From the NCBI RefSeq assembly GCF_009914755.1, contig NC_060931.1: a DNA stretch of 64,000 nt. One strand, 5' to 3'. This DNA comes from the human T2T-CHM13v2.0 reference genome, Homo sapiens. Position 1 is the first letter of the stretch. Every line of letters begins with the position of its first letter. Positions 37,571 through 51,655 of the stretch are shown here, piece by piece. The position numbers and the translations under genes are program-made. The notes beneath the pieces are model-generated. The model was given only the letters and a program-made list of their open reading frames with translations, was not told the DNA's origin and searched no databases.

Positions 37571-38331
37571 TTTTTACAAAGTAAAAAGCAAATTTTACAA
37601 AGAAGGCTTTCATTTTGTTCTGTCCTATTTTATTCTAAATTATGGTATGTTACCCAAATCCCAGTGGGAGCTTTTGTGAGTGAATGACATTAAAAAATTA
37701 CTGGAACAGGAAATATTTCCCTTTAATGAACTAGATGAGATTTTTTTTTAAAAAAACACTAATTATGTATTTTACATTATGGAAACAGAGATTATATAAT
37801 GATAAAAAGATGTGTATTATATTTTAAAAAATAGTTACAAAAAGTAAATCTTTTGTTTTCATGTGATCCATTCATTTGTCCATTATTCAACAGATATTTA
37901 TACAATACTAATTCAGTGAAAACCAGCATTAGCTTAGGAGAAAGTATTAGGAAGTACAAGATTAATGACATCTGGGACCAAGAAATTTTCAGTAAAATCA
38001 ATGAATGGCATTTTGCATATTTCGGAACAGCAAAATAGAAATAGTCAATACTATAGTCTCTGCATCTAGTCCTTCTGTGTGAATATGTATCTAGAGGCTT
38101 ATGCAAAATAATGCCTAAGGTTAGGACAAGCACTTTTATTCAGCTGATAATAAAATATATAAAGTGTACAATGAATATCCAAATGTATAATAATCTAATC
38201 CAGAATTACTCAATCTATGAATTATTAAGATATGGTAAGGACAAGATTAAAACTATGTTTTTCTGCCTGGCTGTCTTTAAACTATTGTTACATGGCAACC
38301 CTTTAACAACCCAGTAGTTAGCCATGATCAT

Positions 38332-38723
38332 TGTATTAGGCTGCTTGGGTTGCTGTAACAAAATGTTAATACCATAGACTGGGTGGCTTAAATAACAGAC
38401 CTTTATTTCTCACAGTTCTGGAGGTTGGGAAGTCCAAGATCAAGGTGCTGGCCAATTCTGTTCCTGCCTCTCTTTTCTGGCTTATATATTTCTACCTTTT
38501 TGCCGTGTCCTTGCAAGGCAGAGAAATATCTTCTCCTACTCCAATTCTTCCTTCTACTCCTTCTTTTTCTTCATAAGCCACTAATCCTATCATGACAGCC
38601 CTATTCTCATTATCTCATTCAATCTTAATTATCTCCCAAAGGGCCCACATCCAAATACCGTCATATTGAGGGTTAAGGCTTCAACATCTGAGTTTTGGGG
38701 GAGACACAATTTGGTCCAGAGCA
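38332..38723 (-). mobile_element. MLT1A-type solo LTR
   Basis: ataccatagactgggtggcttaaataacag, gaagtccaagatcaaggtg, ggcttcaacat. Confidence 0.9.
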
Positions 38724-40586
38724 ACCATCATTTTGCTAATGCCATCTGGCTTGTGAAATATTAATAGCAAGTCTAAGACTTTTCTCAATATTCAAAGAGG
38801 AAGGCTCAAAGAGATTTTGATAGTTTTTGGTTGTTTGTGAATATATACAAGCTGAATAGAAGTTTCAGTGTAAGGATGGTATCACACCCTTTCTCACCAC
38901 CTACTCCCAAATTTTGAAAGCCATTACTTGAGAAATAGACATCCTCTTGGTGTTGTCAATGTTCCTGAATACACAATAATTGTTAATACATTTTGCAAAG
39001 AGAATATGCACCATTGAAAGGGAATATTACTTATTCATTCATTCAAAAAATTATTGAGCGCTGCTATTTTCCAAGCACTTTTCTGAATGCTAAGAATATA
39101 GGAATAATCAAAAGAGAAAAAGTCTCTTCTCTCAAAGAGCATATTGCCTTGTGTTGGAGGCAAACCATAATTAAACAGACAAGTGAATATCTAGTTTGTC
39201 AGATAATGATTAGTCCTATGGAGAAGTATAAAGCAGGATACAGGAAATGGGGAGGGCTGGTAGGTGGGGAGAAGAGTGGTTATTTTATGTAGGTAAACAG
39301 GGAACCTGAAGTAAATAAGGGAGTGAGCCATGCTGATGTCAGGAGAAAAGTTTCAGAAGGTGAGGAGAACAAATGCAGAGGCCACAAGGTGAGAGAATGC
39401 TTAGGTGTATGAAAGACAGCAAGGAGCCCAGTGTATATAGACCAACTGAACCAGAGGAAGAATCATAGGAGGTGAGAACGGTAATGTAGGGGAAGATTAC
39501 GCTAAACCCTGTATGTTATTGTAAGAATTTTAGCTTTTGCTGGGAGTGAGATAGGCTACTGAAGGTTTATGAGCAGAGGAATCTTATCAGATTTAGGTTT
39601 TAAAAGTGAAATGTGTTGGTTGTAGAAACAGCTGACTTTAGATGGATAAGGCAGAAACAGTGAGATTAATTGCAAGATCGTTGCAATAATCTAGGAGTTA
39701 AATGGAGGTTGAATGAATAAGGGAGAATGGAAGGGTGAGTGAGAAGGAATCAGGTTTTAGATACATTTAGAAGAAAGAGCTAGAGCCAGCTGACAGCATT
39801 TGCTAATGGATTGCATATGAAAGAAAGAAGTCAAGGATAATCCAAGTTATTTGGTATGAACAACGGAGAAACGAAGTTGCCATTTGTAAAATAAGTAAGG
39901 CTGAGGAAGGAGCAGGTTTGGGGAAAATGGGAAATTGAAGTCAATTCCAGATCAGTTATGTTTGAGAAGCCAATTAGATACACACAAGGAAATTCTGAGG
40001 AAGGAGTTAGTATTATTAATTTCACTTTAGGAGAGAGATATGGGATTGAGTTTGACGGTGAGTAGTTGTCACTTACAGATGATACATCAAATCACGTGAC
40101 AGGATGAGATCCTAGAAAGTGAATGCAATTACAAAAGGAATGAGGTCCGAGAAAACCTACTTGGGGCATTCTAAAGTCAGTGGTCTGAGCGGTCAGAAGG
40201 AATTTTCAAAGGAACTGAGAAGAAGAGCCAATGAGAAAGGGAACTTCTTTTTTTTCACAGTGAGTGCTTGTGAACTTTAAAGGAATGTGTGATGAGGAGA
40301 CTTTTTTTTAAAATAACTGGAATTATATCTTTCTTTTCTAATGGTCTAGTAGGAAAAACTGTTTCCTTTAGGGGAGAGGGCAATTGCTGGAGTAATATCC
40401 TTAAGTAATATCACAATTTATTTATAGTAACAGGAGAGAATGTCAGGTATTCAGGTGCGTAGGCAGATAGATTGGTACATGTGGTTGTGGGAGCATGAGG
40501 AACTTCTCTCTTCTTTCTTTTTAATTCTCACTGACGCAGGAAGTAGACTCCTTGCTGGCATGACTATGAAGGCAGAAGATTAAAGG

Positions 40587-40633
40587 TTTTTTTCTTCTTT
40601 TAATTTAAAATTTTTAATTTTTGTGAGTACATG
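40587..40633 (-). mobile_element. Tiny L1MA-type tail insertion with TSD
   Basis: tttttaatttttgtgagtacat (L1MA terminus) flanked by gaagattaaa at 40575-40584 and 40634-40643. Confidence 0.6.
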
Positions 40634-40678
40634 GAAGATTAAAATTTGAAGAAGACAGCTTAGAAATCTGGGAAAATA

Positions 40679-41324
<646 letters not shown>

Positions 41325-41369
41325 AGAAACGTGGGAAAATAAATGGAAAAGGGAAATCTTATATGATAC

Positions 41370-41868
41370 TGTATTCATTTTCTATTACTGTCATTAAAAA
41401 TTACCATAAACTTAGTGGCTTAAAACAACACAAATTTATTATCTTACAGTTCTATGTAGGCCAGAAGTTCAACACAGGTCTCACTTGGTTAAGATCAAGG
41501 TGCTAGCAGAGCTGGTTTTCTTTCTGAAGGTTTTAGTGTAAATTCCCTTTCCCTGTCTTTTCCATCTCCTAGAGGTCACCTGCATTTCTTTGTGCCTGGC
41601 CCTCTTCCTCCATCTTCAAAGCCAGCAATGGTGGGTGGGGTCAAGTTTTCAGATCACATCTCTCTGACCCACTCTTCTTCCTTTCTCTTTCATTTTTAAG
41701 AACTGATGGATTAGATTGAGTACAACTAGGTAATCCAAAATGATCTCCCTACCTTAAGGTCCTTAATCACATCTGTGAAGTCCTTTTCGCCCTGTAAGGC
41801 AATATATTTACTGGTTCCGGGGATAAGTATAGAGATATCTTTGAGGGACCATTTTTCTTCCTACCACA
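41370..41868 (-). mobile_element. MLT1C/D-like solo LTR
   Basis: aaacttagtggcttaaaacaacacaaatttattatcttacagttct, ctccatcttcaaagccagcaat, ttaatcacatctg, cctaccaca. Confidence 0.88.
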
Positions 41869-42029
41869 AATGCCTTGTCAGCACTATGGAGCCACTTAAA
41901 ATGAATGGTCATCAATACAAAGTGGGAAACAACCTCGTTATTTGTTTTTCCCAGAAAAGTCTAGCAGCCTATGTGCAAAATCTGTGGAAAGTTAGATTTA
42001 ACCAAGTTTGGAGTTTTACCAGAGATGTA

Positions 42030-42379
42030 CAGTCATGTGCTGCTTGATAATGGGATATACTCTGAGAAATGTATCATTAGGTCATTTGGTCATTGTGCAA
42101 ACATCATAAAGTATACTTACACAAACCTAGATGGTATAGCTTACTACACACCTAGGCTATATGGTATAGTCTATTACTCCTAGGCTGCCAGCCTCCACTT
42201 CATGTTACTATAATGAATACTGTAGGCAATTGTAACACAATGGTAAGTATTTGTGTACCTAAATATATCTAAGCATCAAAAAGGTACAGTAAAAATAAAT
42301 TTTTATAATCTATGGGCTACCATTGTATTGGTCATCACTGGTCTTTGACCTAAACATTGTTGTGCACTACATGACTCTG
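42030..42379. mobile_element. Tigger3a (MER7A)-like TcMar DNA transposon
   Basis: TA|cagtcatg ... catgactctg|TA; acttacacaaacctagatggtatagcttactacacacctaggctatatggtatag. Confidence 0.9.
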
Positions 42380-43639
42380 TAAGAAAAGAGAGAGGGACAA
42401 AAGCTTGATGATATAAGCAGGGGAGTAATTTTATGATAGATTCCAATACCTTATGTGGATATTGAGAGAAGTAGAGATAGGAGATGGTAAGGGATAGGGA
42501 AAATAGTTGAATTGAAACAATGGATGTTAGAGTCAGGTAGGAGTAAAATATTTTGAAGTCAGAGAATAAGAGATGATGGTGAGAAAATGGGAAATCAGGC
42601 TATGGAGGGGTACAGGAGTTGCTGAAGAACAAGGATATTGGAGGTAATAAATCCAAAAACTGAGGGGGGCAGAGGATTCAAAGAACCATTCATGAGGATA
42701 TTAAATTAATCAAGAAAGATACAAGAAGAATTTTTTGAGTGACAGTGAGTCAACAGCTAGAATCTCCAAGGTATGGAGGGAAGTCACCCACTGGCATCTA
42801 AACACCTGCAATGAGAAGGGTAAGAACAATAGACTATGCAACATGAGCTTCACATATGCTGGGGATTTCCAGGAAGAGGGAGGAGTAACTGTCTAGAGAT
42901 AGAAATTAAAAGCAAGGAGGGCGTGCCAAATAAGGCATGGTTGAGAAAGCCACCATTTGAAAAGGTTACAGAAGAATGCATATATCCAGGAGAGGGGCAG
43001 ATTTCAATTAAAGAAAGAAGGTGAATTGAACTTGCAAAGAATTGGTAGAGAACATGGAGAAATTTGCTGACAACCAATTTTGAGTTCTAGAGGTTCTTGT
43101 CCAGAATGGATTTTAAGAGTTGGGAAGAGATGGGACCTATGTTTAAATATGAGATATGCAGAAGTTTGTGGGCATGGATTTCTAGTTATAAGAGACAGCC
43201 AGGGAGCATCTGCCTTCTCTCTCAGGTCTGTCAAAGAATAAAAAGTAAACAGGAATAAATGGAGTGATGACAAAGTTCTGATGGTTAGGCCAGAATCCCA
43301 GAGAGGGATAGAAAGGCTGTGAATGTCAGAGAGGGGTAAGGATTGTACTGTGAGTGTGCGGAGCTACGAAACAAGACATGCAGGCCAGAGGCAGGTCAAA
43401 GTTACCAGAAACACGTAGAATTTAGGCAAAATGCATATCAGCTGGAAATTTTTGATACTGGCTTTAAAACATGACCAGTAAATGGATAGTTCTGCTGTAA
43501 CTTTTTTAAGACGGATAAATAATACCAGAGCTAAATACTGTTATAAACACACATAGTTATAAATGTATGTGTAATATAACTATTTCCTAAATTCACATTT
43601 AATGGAAGTACATAAGTATAATTTCCTTTGTAAAGAAAA

Positions 43640-44710
43640 GACTTAATTGTGAACAATTTCAACCTACTCAGAAAGCGTATGAATATGATAAACTTGCCTA
43701 TACTACCATCTGAAATTAATAATATTAGCATTTCACAGAATTTGCTTCTGATCATATTTTAACTAAGAAAACTCAGCAATACTCTGATCTATATTTTGCC
43801 AGACCCATTTCTCTTATTTCCTTTCTAGAGGCAATCACTATCATGAAGTTTATTTATTATTCGTATTTACATTTTTTATGTTTTAACATAGGTATATGTC
43901 CATGAAAGGAGATAATATTATTTTGTGAGTTTTAAAATTTAATGTGATACATTTTTATCACATTATCAAAATTATATTATTTTTACTTGCCAACATAGAA
44001 CTAACTTCTTTTCAGTTAGCATTATACTTGATATATCTATTCCATCATATAAATACATCATAATTTATTTACCCATTCATCTGTTGATAACAAGTAGATC
44101 GCTTTTAGTTTTTAAAATCCCAAAAATGCCACGATGAATATTTGCGAATATGTCTCCCTGAACATATGTTCAAAAGTTTCTCAAGGCTGATATACTTAGA
44201 AGAGAAATGATGTGTTGTAGGGTATGGAAATTTCCAACTTTACTTGTTGGAAAATTTACTGCTAAATTGCTGTGAAAAGAGATAATACCAATTTCTACTC
44301 CAACCAGCAAAGTTTGAGAATACCTATTTACCAATACTTTGTCTACACTTGGGATTGTTAAACTAATACATTTGCCAGTTTTATTGGGAAGATATTGTAT
44401 CTCATTCTTAATTTGCATTTCCCTGATTATTAGTGAAATTGAGCATCTTACTATTTGTTAATTGACCATTCATGCATTATCTTATGTGAATTTCCGGTTT
44501 ATATACATTTACTATGAACTGTTTTCATATATATATAATGTAGTACTATAAGTATGTTCTCAATATTGGTTTTTGTCTGCTATACATTTTTCAAATATCT
44601 TTAGTACCTAGTTTTAGCTTTGTTTATGATATTACTTTAAGCTTTTTCAATGTGATATAATTGAATTAATTAATCTTTTCTGCTTAAAATCTTTGTGTTT
44701 TTTCTTGTCT
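43640..44710 (-). mobile_element. L1ME-type 3' end/ORF2 fragment
   Basis: ccaatttctactccaaccagca, ttaatttgcatttccctgattattagtgaaattgagcatctt. Confidence 0.75.
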
Positions 44711-45599
44711 GATTTGGTTTAAGGTCATTAGTAATTTAATTTTTAATAGAATCCATGGAAATAGCTCATGCTGTTATTTCATGGGTAGAGCTAGCTCAGC
44801 ACTGAAGACACAATGATCAAAATTGTATGACCAGATTCAGAATAGTCATTTTCCAGATCGTGTACTAGCCCTCATATGTGAAATATGTCACCAATTACAA
44901 AATACTGCTAAGTAGGCAGGACTGTAAGTTCTGAAAAGAGTAAGGATTTCCTATTCACTTTGGCTTGTACATGTTTTATGTATAGGGTAACTTTGATTGA
45001 TGAGCTTTAAAGTTGTTGCAGGAAATGTTTGGAGCAGATACAGACGACAAAATCAATAGTACCGGGATAGACTGGGTTCGTGTAAGCAGATTTATTATCC
45101 TGACCTTTCATTCCGAATTCCCTGTCTTGTTTCTTTATAACAACAGCTAAATGTACTTATTTGTAAAGTAACAGAAAACAGATCACTTTAATGTGGCAAC
45201 ATTAACTGTTAAAATCTCAAGGCCTGAATATACAATAATTTATGATCCCAAAACTATTTTTGGCTTCTTTTAGATTATGTTCCCAGATGAAGAGCATTCC
45301 ATTGTTTTCCCTATCCAACTACCTTGAGTACTCAGGACAACTAAATTCTGCTCTATTTTTTAAGGAGCAGCTAAATTATTTTCAGTTCCAAATGAATTCA
45401 GAAGCAGGTTAAGGTAAATTTGGGTATGATAGAGTTAGCTGAGCTTATCTGGACTGTAAGTATGAATGAATTTGTTACAAGTCAGAATCAATATAACCAA
45501 AGTCTCTTTTTTCAATAAGCATAGATAACTGTTTATGTGTGTACTTTGCTATGAATTTACTACTTACGTATGTACTTAAACACTTAAAATTTGTCAACT

Positions 45600-46070
45600 C
45601 CCTTTACTCAGTATATTTGTCAGTTTCATGGCTCAAAAATATCATCTATTGGGGTGATTGACTCAAAATTATTTCTCTGGTCTTATCAAAAAATTTTCAC
45701 CACTAAATACCAAACATACATTCAATGCCATACCCAACATCTCTGATTGTATGTTGAGTAGGCTTCTCAAAGTTAATATTTTTAAAACTGAGTTTCTAAA
45801 TTCTCCTACTTCATTCTCAAACGTGCAGTTCTCATTATCTTTCCTGACTCAGTAGTGGTTGTTCCATTCTCTTAGTCATCCAGGAAAATAGTAGTGTCAT
45901 TCTTTATTTTACTCTTTCATACGTCACACTCCCACCTATGAAAGGCATCCCATCGCTTCTGTTATTATATTATGTTTGGAGCCAAATACTTCTTGCCACC
46001 TTTCTGATACTGTCCTAGCCCAAGCAGCCATCAGATGATCCATATATGAATTATTGCTCTAATTTTCTAG
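45600..46070 (+). mobile_element. L2 fragment
   Basis: tcatctattggggtgattgactcaaaatt, ttctcaaagttaatat, tcctagcccaagcagccatca. Confidence 0.6.
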
Positions 46071-48564
46071 CTACATCTGGAGTTTGTCAGTGTTTTGGGA
46101 GGTGAAGAGGTAAAGTAATGCTGACTCGAGGTTCAAAGTATCTGGAAGTCATGTCTGTTTAATGTTCAGAATACTAAACTGGTCAGGGAAGTGACAAAAG
46201 TATTCCATAATATTGGAAGGAACTGTCATATTTTAGCAAACTAGATGTTATCTCTGGCTCTAGGGATCAGTTCAAAGACAGCATGATATTAAAGGGGCAT
46301 ATTTCTGTTCAATGTGAGGAAAAGGTTATTTAGAATTAGAATATCTCCATTGAAAGGAGGGTAGTTAATGAGGTAGCAAGCAACTGGTAACATTATTTTT
46401 TAATTAAAACAGGATGTTCCTGTTTCACAGGGATATGGCAAATGGGAGCCTATATATGACTAATTGGCAGCTGAGAAAATGGAGCTATGAAATTATATTC
46501 TCTCTTCAGAATATGTGCTGAAAATACAACACCCACTGAACAAACAAAAAGAGACAGCATAGTGCTGTGCACATAACAGATGGCCAATAAATCTATGTAG
46601 ATTGGTAGATTAAAAAATGGAATATGTCACATCATTCAAAGGATCATGGAGACATTTTCTCCATCATCTATGAAGGATTTAGTTGTTTGGGCTTACCAAA
46701 TTCTTTATTTGGCGATTATAATTTCTGCCCATGTACTTTTGGAGCTATTTAAATTTCTGTGCTACTGACTTCATGCAAACAATAACTTGATAAGTTCCAA
46801 AGCCCTAGCATTGTATTCACCCTGTAGTTTTATGTTCTATCCAATAGTCACTAGTACAACTTATACAAAATAGACTTGAATGCTACTGTCTTTAAGCTCA
46901 GAAGATATGCTATGGAATTTACTTTTCAGCTTTGTACATTTTTTAGAGAAAGAAATTTCACATAACAGCTGGTGAAATCCATGCAGCTAGCTACATAGGG
47001 GATTCTCCATGGCTCCTTGAAAATATGTGTAGCATAAATAAGATCTTTGTTTTTTTACATTGCTATCTACACAGACTTTGAAAGTCTTAAAATGATGAAA
47101 ATTGAACCTTTGTTTTCGAAACACTCTTTATAAAAGTGGCTAAAGAATCTCTTAAGTCTAGATATTAGTTGATATTAAGCTTCTAACAGCAAAATTGCTC
47201 TTGAGAATTATGTATTAAATAATCAACCTTTTCTTCTTTTTCATATTGGCATTTATAAATAGGTTGAATGACTACGTAAAACATAAAAATTAATTCAAAC
47301 AATTTGCTACAAAGTAGCTCTATGGCCTCACGACTGAATATTTGATGCTTCTCAAACCCTGCTTAACTTAATGACATAGAGACAGTCTCTGACCAATTCA
47401 TTTTATCAAAATTATTATTAATGAGTTTCTGTGAGTGTTCTCCTACAGTAAACAAGATCATACATGATCGTTTTTGGGATTATAGCTACCTATCTTTATT
47501 TGATCTTTTTTCTTTTATCCTCTAATTGTATCTGTTCTTTTCTTAACATCTTTAGTTTTTATAACCATCAGAATACCATATAATCTAACAACTAAAATAA
47601 ATTAATCTTATGTTTGACTGAGAAATTGCACAATTGTTGAAAGGATTATAATATTCTGAGGTGCTGTCAAATGGGATTAGTAATTAGTAATTCCTGTCAG
47701 TTGGTGTAATGTTTAAATAGTACTCTCACAGGCATTCATCCTTTTCAGATATATAGAGGTCAACTCAACAGGCCCCTTGAACAAAGTTCTTGCTGAATTT
47801 CTCCCCAGAGAATATGTGATTGAAAGTATTTGAAAATTCACTGGACATTAGAAGATTATAAAGGACCATCTTCACTTCTAGGATTTGACAAATCTTAATA
47901 AAATCTAAAGAAACACATCGAAGAAGCATAATGTTTTAGGACTAGCTCATCTCTGCTGTAATTTTATTGATAAAGCAATTAAGGAGAGTCCTAAGTCACT
48001 CCAGTTTTCACTAATCTTTTTCAGCCAAGCATCCCAATCAGTAACTGAGCTCCCAAGAAATTTTAAACCAATCTTCTTTTTGCCACTTTATACTGTCTTT
48101 CTCAGGATATAGAAAAAAAATCCAAAAATTGGTGGAGTGGAACAGAAACACAGTAATGCCATGTCAACATTTATTTATAGCCTGCCAGTTAAGATGGACA
48201 AATTTTTTTTTAAAGCCTGAAGGATTTTAAAAACAGTACCTGCCAAGGATTCCATGATGAGGTGGTACATCTCACTTGTCAAGCTGGAAATGGAGACAGT
48301 ACAATCTATATCTGTGATTATTTGCTTGGGTACACCATCCATTTTCTCAGATCCTACATTAATCATTTTATTTCTCCTTCCCTATGGTGACATTCTAACT
48401 TCAGAATAGAAAACACTTTGGATTTATTTATCTTTTGAAATTCATAATTTCTACAGACCTTATTAGTTTTACTTCATAATGCACCAAAAGTGTATATCTA
48501 GAGGTAATATTTCTTTTGCTAACTATCATTTATAATTTTGTTCTCACAGGCATAGAACTTTTCC

Positions 48565-49010
48565 AAGCATTCATCCAACCATCTATTCATTAATTAATTT
48601 AAAAATATTGAACCAATCCATAATAAGTGCTAGGTATTAGGATTTAATAGTGTTTATAACATTATTCTTGTTACTCAAACACATATGGCCTAGCACAAGT
48701 AACTGACAAAGTACTAGGCAAAAACAACAGTGTAATAACTGTCATCCCCCTTCATGGCAGGGTGATTCAGTCATTGGTCAAGGGCAAGGCAGGAGATAGA
48801 AACATCAGTGTTAGGGGTGGTTACAATAATTCAGGAGAGAGATAGTGTTGACAGATGAGGCCAAAATTAGCAAATGTTAAGGAGGACAGGAGTCCAAGAT
48901 GACACCCAAGATTTTGGCTGTGGCAACTGCTGGATAGTAGATTGGGAAGAAAGAGTTTATAGTCTAGCTACATTTTCAGAAGAGTAGGCAACTGAGCTCA
49001 AAAATACTAG
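48565..49010 (-). mobile_element. L2 3' fragment
   Basis: cattcatccaaccatctattcatt tail, aagtgctaggtattagg, ggagtccaagatgacacccaagattttggc. Confidence 0.6.
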
Positions 49011-50964
49011 TTTTCTGGTTGGGATAGACATTTAAAGTGGACTTTTCCTCAGTGTGATCAAGTTTTTCCTGATCTCTTGATTACTAGTTTCACTAATTTA
49101 TATAGCCAATTATTAAATGATGATAGGATTTTTTTCTGATGGAGTTCAGAGTTATTATCAGGCTGGGATCGCTGCATTCATTTTAAGGTATTATCTTCTC
49201 TCTAACCTAAGACAAATGAAATATTCATCATAGTCTTCATCTTCTCAAGGTGTTGAACATGGTTCATATTTATTAACTGCCAAAGCAATGGAGTGGCTCA
49301 ACTCAGCTAATGAAGCAATATGTAGCTTTTATTTCCCTGGAATACCAAATATATGAGGAATTTGTGCAATAAAAAAAACTTGATATTTCAGAACGATTTT
49401 ACTCTCATGTGTTTCGATGCAATATTCTTCCTTATAATGTATTGCAAGCAGCCAACCTCAACATGTGACATTGAGTACTAAGTCATAACCTATTTACTTA
49501 ATAAGTTTTCAAATAAATGGTTCACAACTCTCTTTGGGTGCAAAATTGCAGTTATCTTTTCAGAATTTTTGGCAGGCTAAAATTTTTTTGGGAAATAAAC
49601 ATCCATCCATTTTATTAGGCTCAAATTTACATAGGTTCAACATCAATAACTGCTTAAATTTCATATAAGATTGGGCTCATGCATTTTGGTGGACATTATC
49701 AAATATCCTTTCCTGTAAAGCTGACTTTCAGTGCTAATTTCACACCTTTAAATTGTTTAATAATCAGATAACTCTTTCAGTTTTATTTCGGGTATTGTTC
49801 TTTTGGTAATACATTTCTATCTTTATCTTTCAGAGTCTGAATAACATTCATTCCCTTGCAGATTTGACACATGACTTGCTCAAACATACAATCGCTTCAC
49901 TTCCTGGTACATTTCATCTACCCAACTGTCACTCCAATCCTTTCAGCTCTTTGAGATATATTTCTTTTGTTCGTTTTCACATTTTACCTTTGGTTAAGTA
50001 CATTGTCAGTCAAAACATGATTCACTGAATTTGTTTATCCAGTGCAGTGTAATTTGACACAGAATTGTGTGTTTCTAACTCTTATCCTTTTATTAATGTT
50101 TCCTTGTTACCTCATTTATCATTTATATTTTCATGACAGTTCTCTAAAAGAAAACCATTTTCCCCACATTTATTATCACTTTTTTCAAACATTGTCAACT
50201 TAAATTAGTACATAAGACTCAGAGAAACTTAGTTTTCTTAATAATAATAATACAAATTGAATGAACTGATTTTCTTAAATTCTTCTGAGAAAAAATAATA
50301 GCAATTTAAGGGAAATGACTATTCATGTGTTTATTTTCTCTCTTTTAATGACAAGATTCAACCTGAATGATGAAACTTTATGTAGCAAGTGCATTAAAAC
50401 CACTTATAGTTATTGCTTTTCAAAAGCAATAGCAACAAAAACAACAACAAATATATATTTTTAACTATCTGAGATGGCTGAGCTAATGAGGGGAATGTTT
50501 TAAATTTGGTTAGGAGTTTATGACAGTTGGGAAATGAGCCATCACTGTTAACAGGAGCTTTTTTTTAAATCTCCAGTGCTGGACATTTCCCACGTTAAAT
50601 AAGCACACCTGTCTGTTTTGATCTCATAAAATACAGAAGAAAAAAAGCCTAATTAAAATTTTAACATACTTATGGTTACACTTGCTAGAGTATGTTTACC
50701 ATATCTTGAATTAGATATTGTCTTGCCATGACTAAGTGAGTTCATCATGGTGATTAGGTCAGGAAACATAATTTCTCATGATCTACACAGCCTACATGAG
50801 TAATCCCACTTACCACTACCTAAAATCTGTGAAAAACCCATTTTATACTGAGGGTTGCTTCATCTTCATGGAAAAAAGCATGTGACAATTTGATTGCAGA
50901 GCTCAATTGGTAATATCCTTGTCTACATCCAGAATGGTACTAAGACTACAATGACATGAAAGTA

Positions 50965-51130
50965 GCGCTGAACCTAAAGTAAGAGGTTTGGAGTTTGAGT
51001 CTCTGCTTCACAAAATACTAACTATACAACCTGAAACAATATAATCAACTTTTAGGAATCATTGTTTTTCATTAATAAAAAGAGAATAACTGCTATATTT
51101 AACACAAAGGACTTAAAATAATTATATAAA
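50965..51130 (+). mobile_element. MIR fragment
   Basis: tggagtttgagtctctgcttc ... tttttcattaataaaaagagaataa. Confidence 0.45.
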
Positions 51131-51237
51131 ATCATATATATATAAATCTATGAACTTCCACATTAATGTTATATTTATTCTATTAACCTTGCCCCCCAAA
51201 GTCCCCCACTCAATATGATAGGAAACAAATTTTTGTC

Positions 51238-51655
51238 TATGTGATATATTGATTTCTTTTCCTTTGGGTAGATATTCAGTACTGGGATTGCTGGATCAAA
51301 TGGTAGTTCTACTTTTAGTTTGTTTAGAAATCTCCATACTGTTTTCCATAGAGGTTGTACTAATTTACATTCTCACCAAAAACGTGTAAGATTTCCCTTT
51401 TCTCCACATCCTCACCAAAGTCTTTTATTTTTTGTCTTTTCAATAACAGACATTCTGACTAGGGTAAGATGTTATCTCATTGTGGTTTTAAATTTGTATT
51501 TATCTGATGATTAGTGATGTTGAGCACTTTTGAATATCCTTGGTGGCCATTTGTATGTCTTCATTTTAAAAATGTCTGTTCATATCATTTTCCCATTTTT
51601 TAATGACATTCTTTGTTTGGGGGAAATCTTAGACATAAATTCTTTGCCCAGACTA
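51238..51655 (-). mobile_element. L1 (L1PB/L1MA-like) ORF2 3' fragment
   Basis: gggattgctggatcaaatggtagttct, aaatctccatactgttttccatagaggttgtactaatttacattc. Confidence 0.9.
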
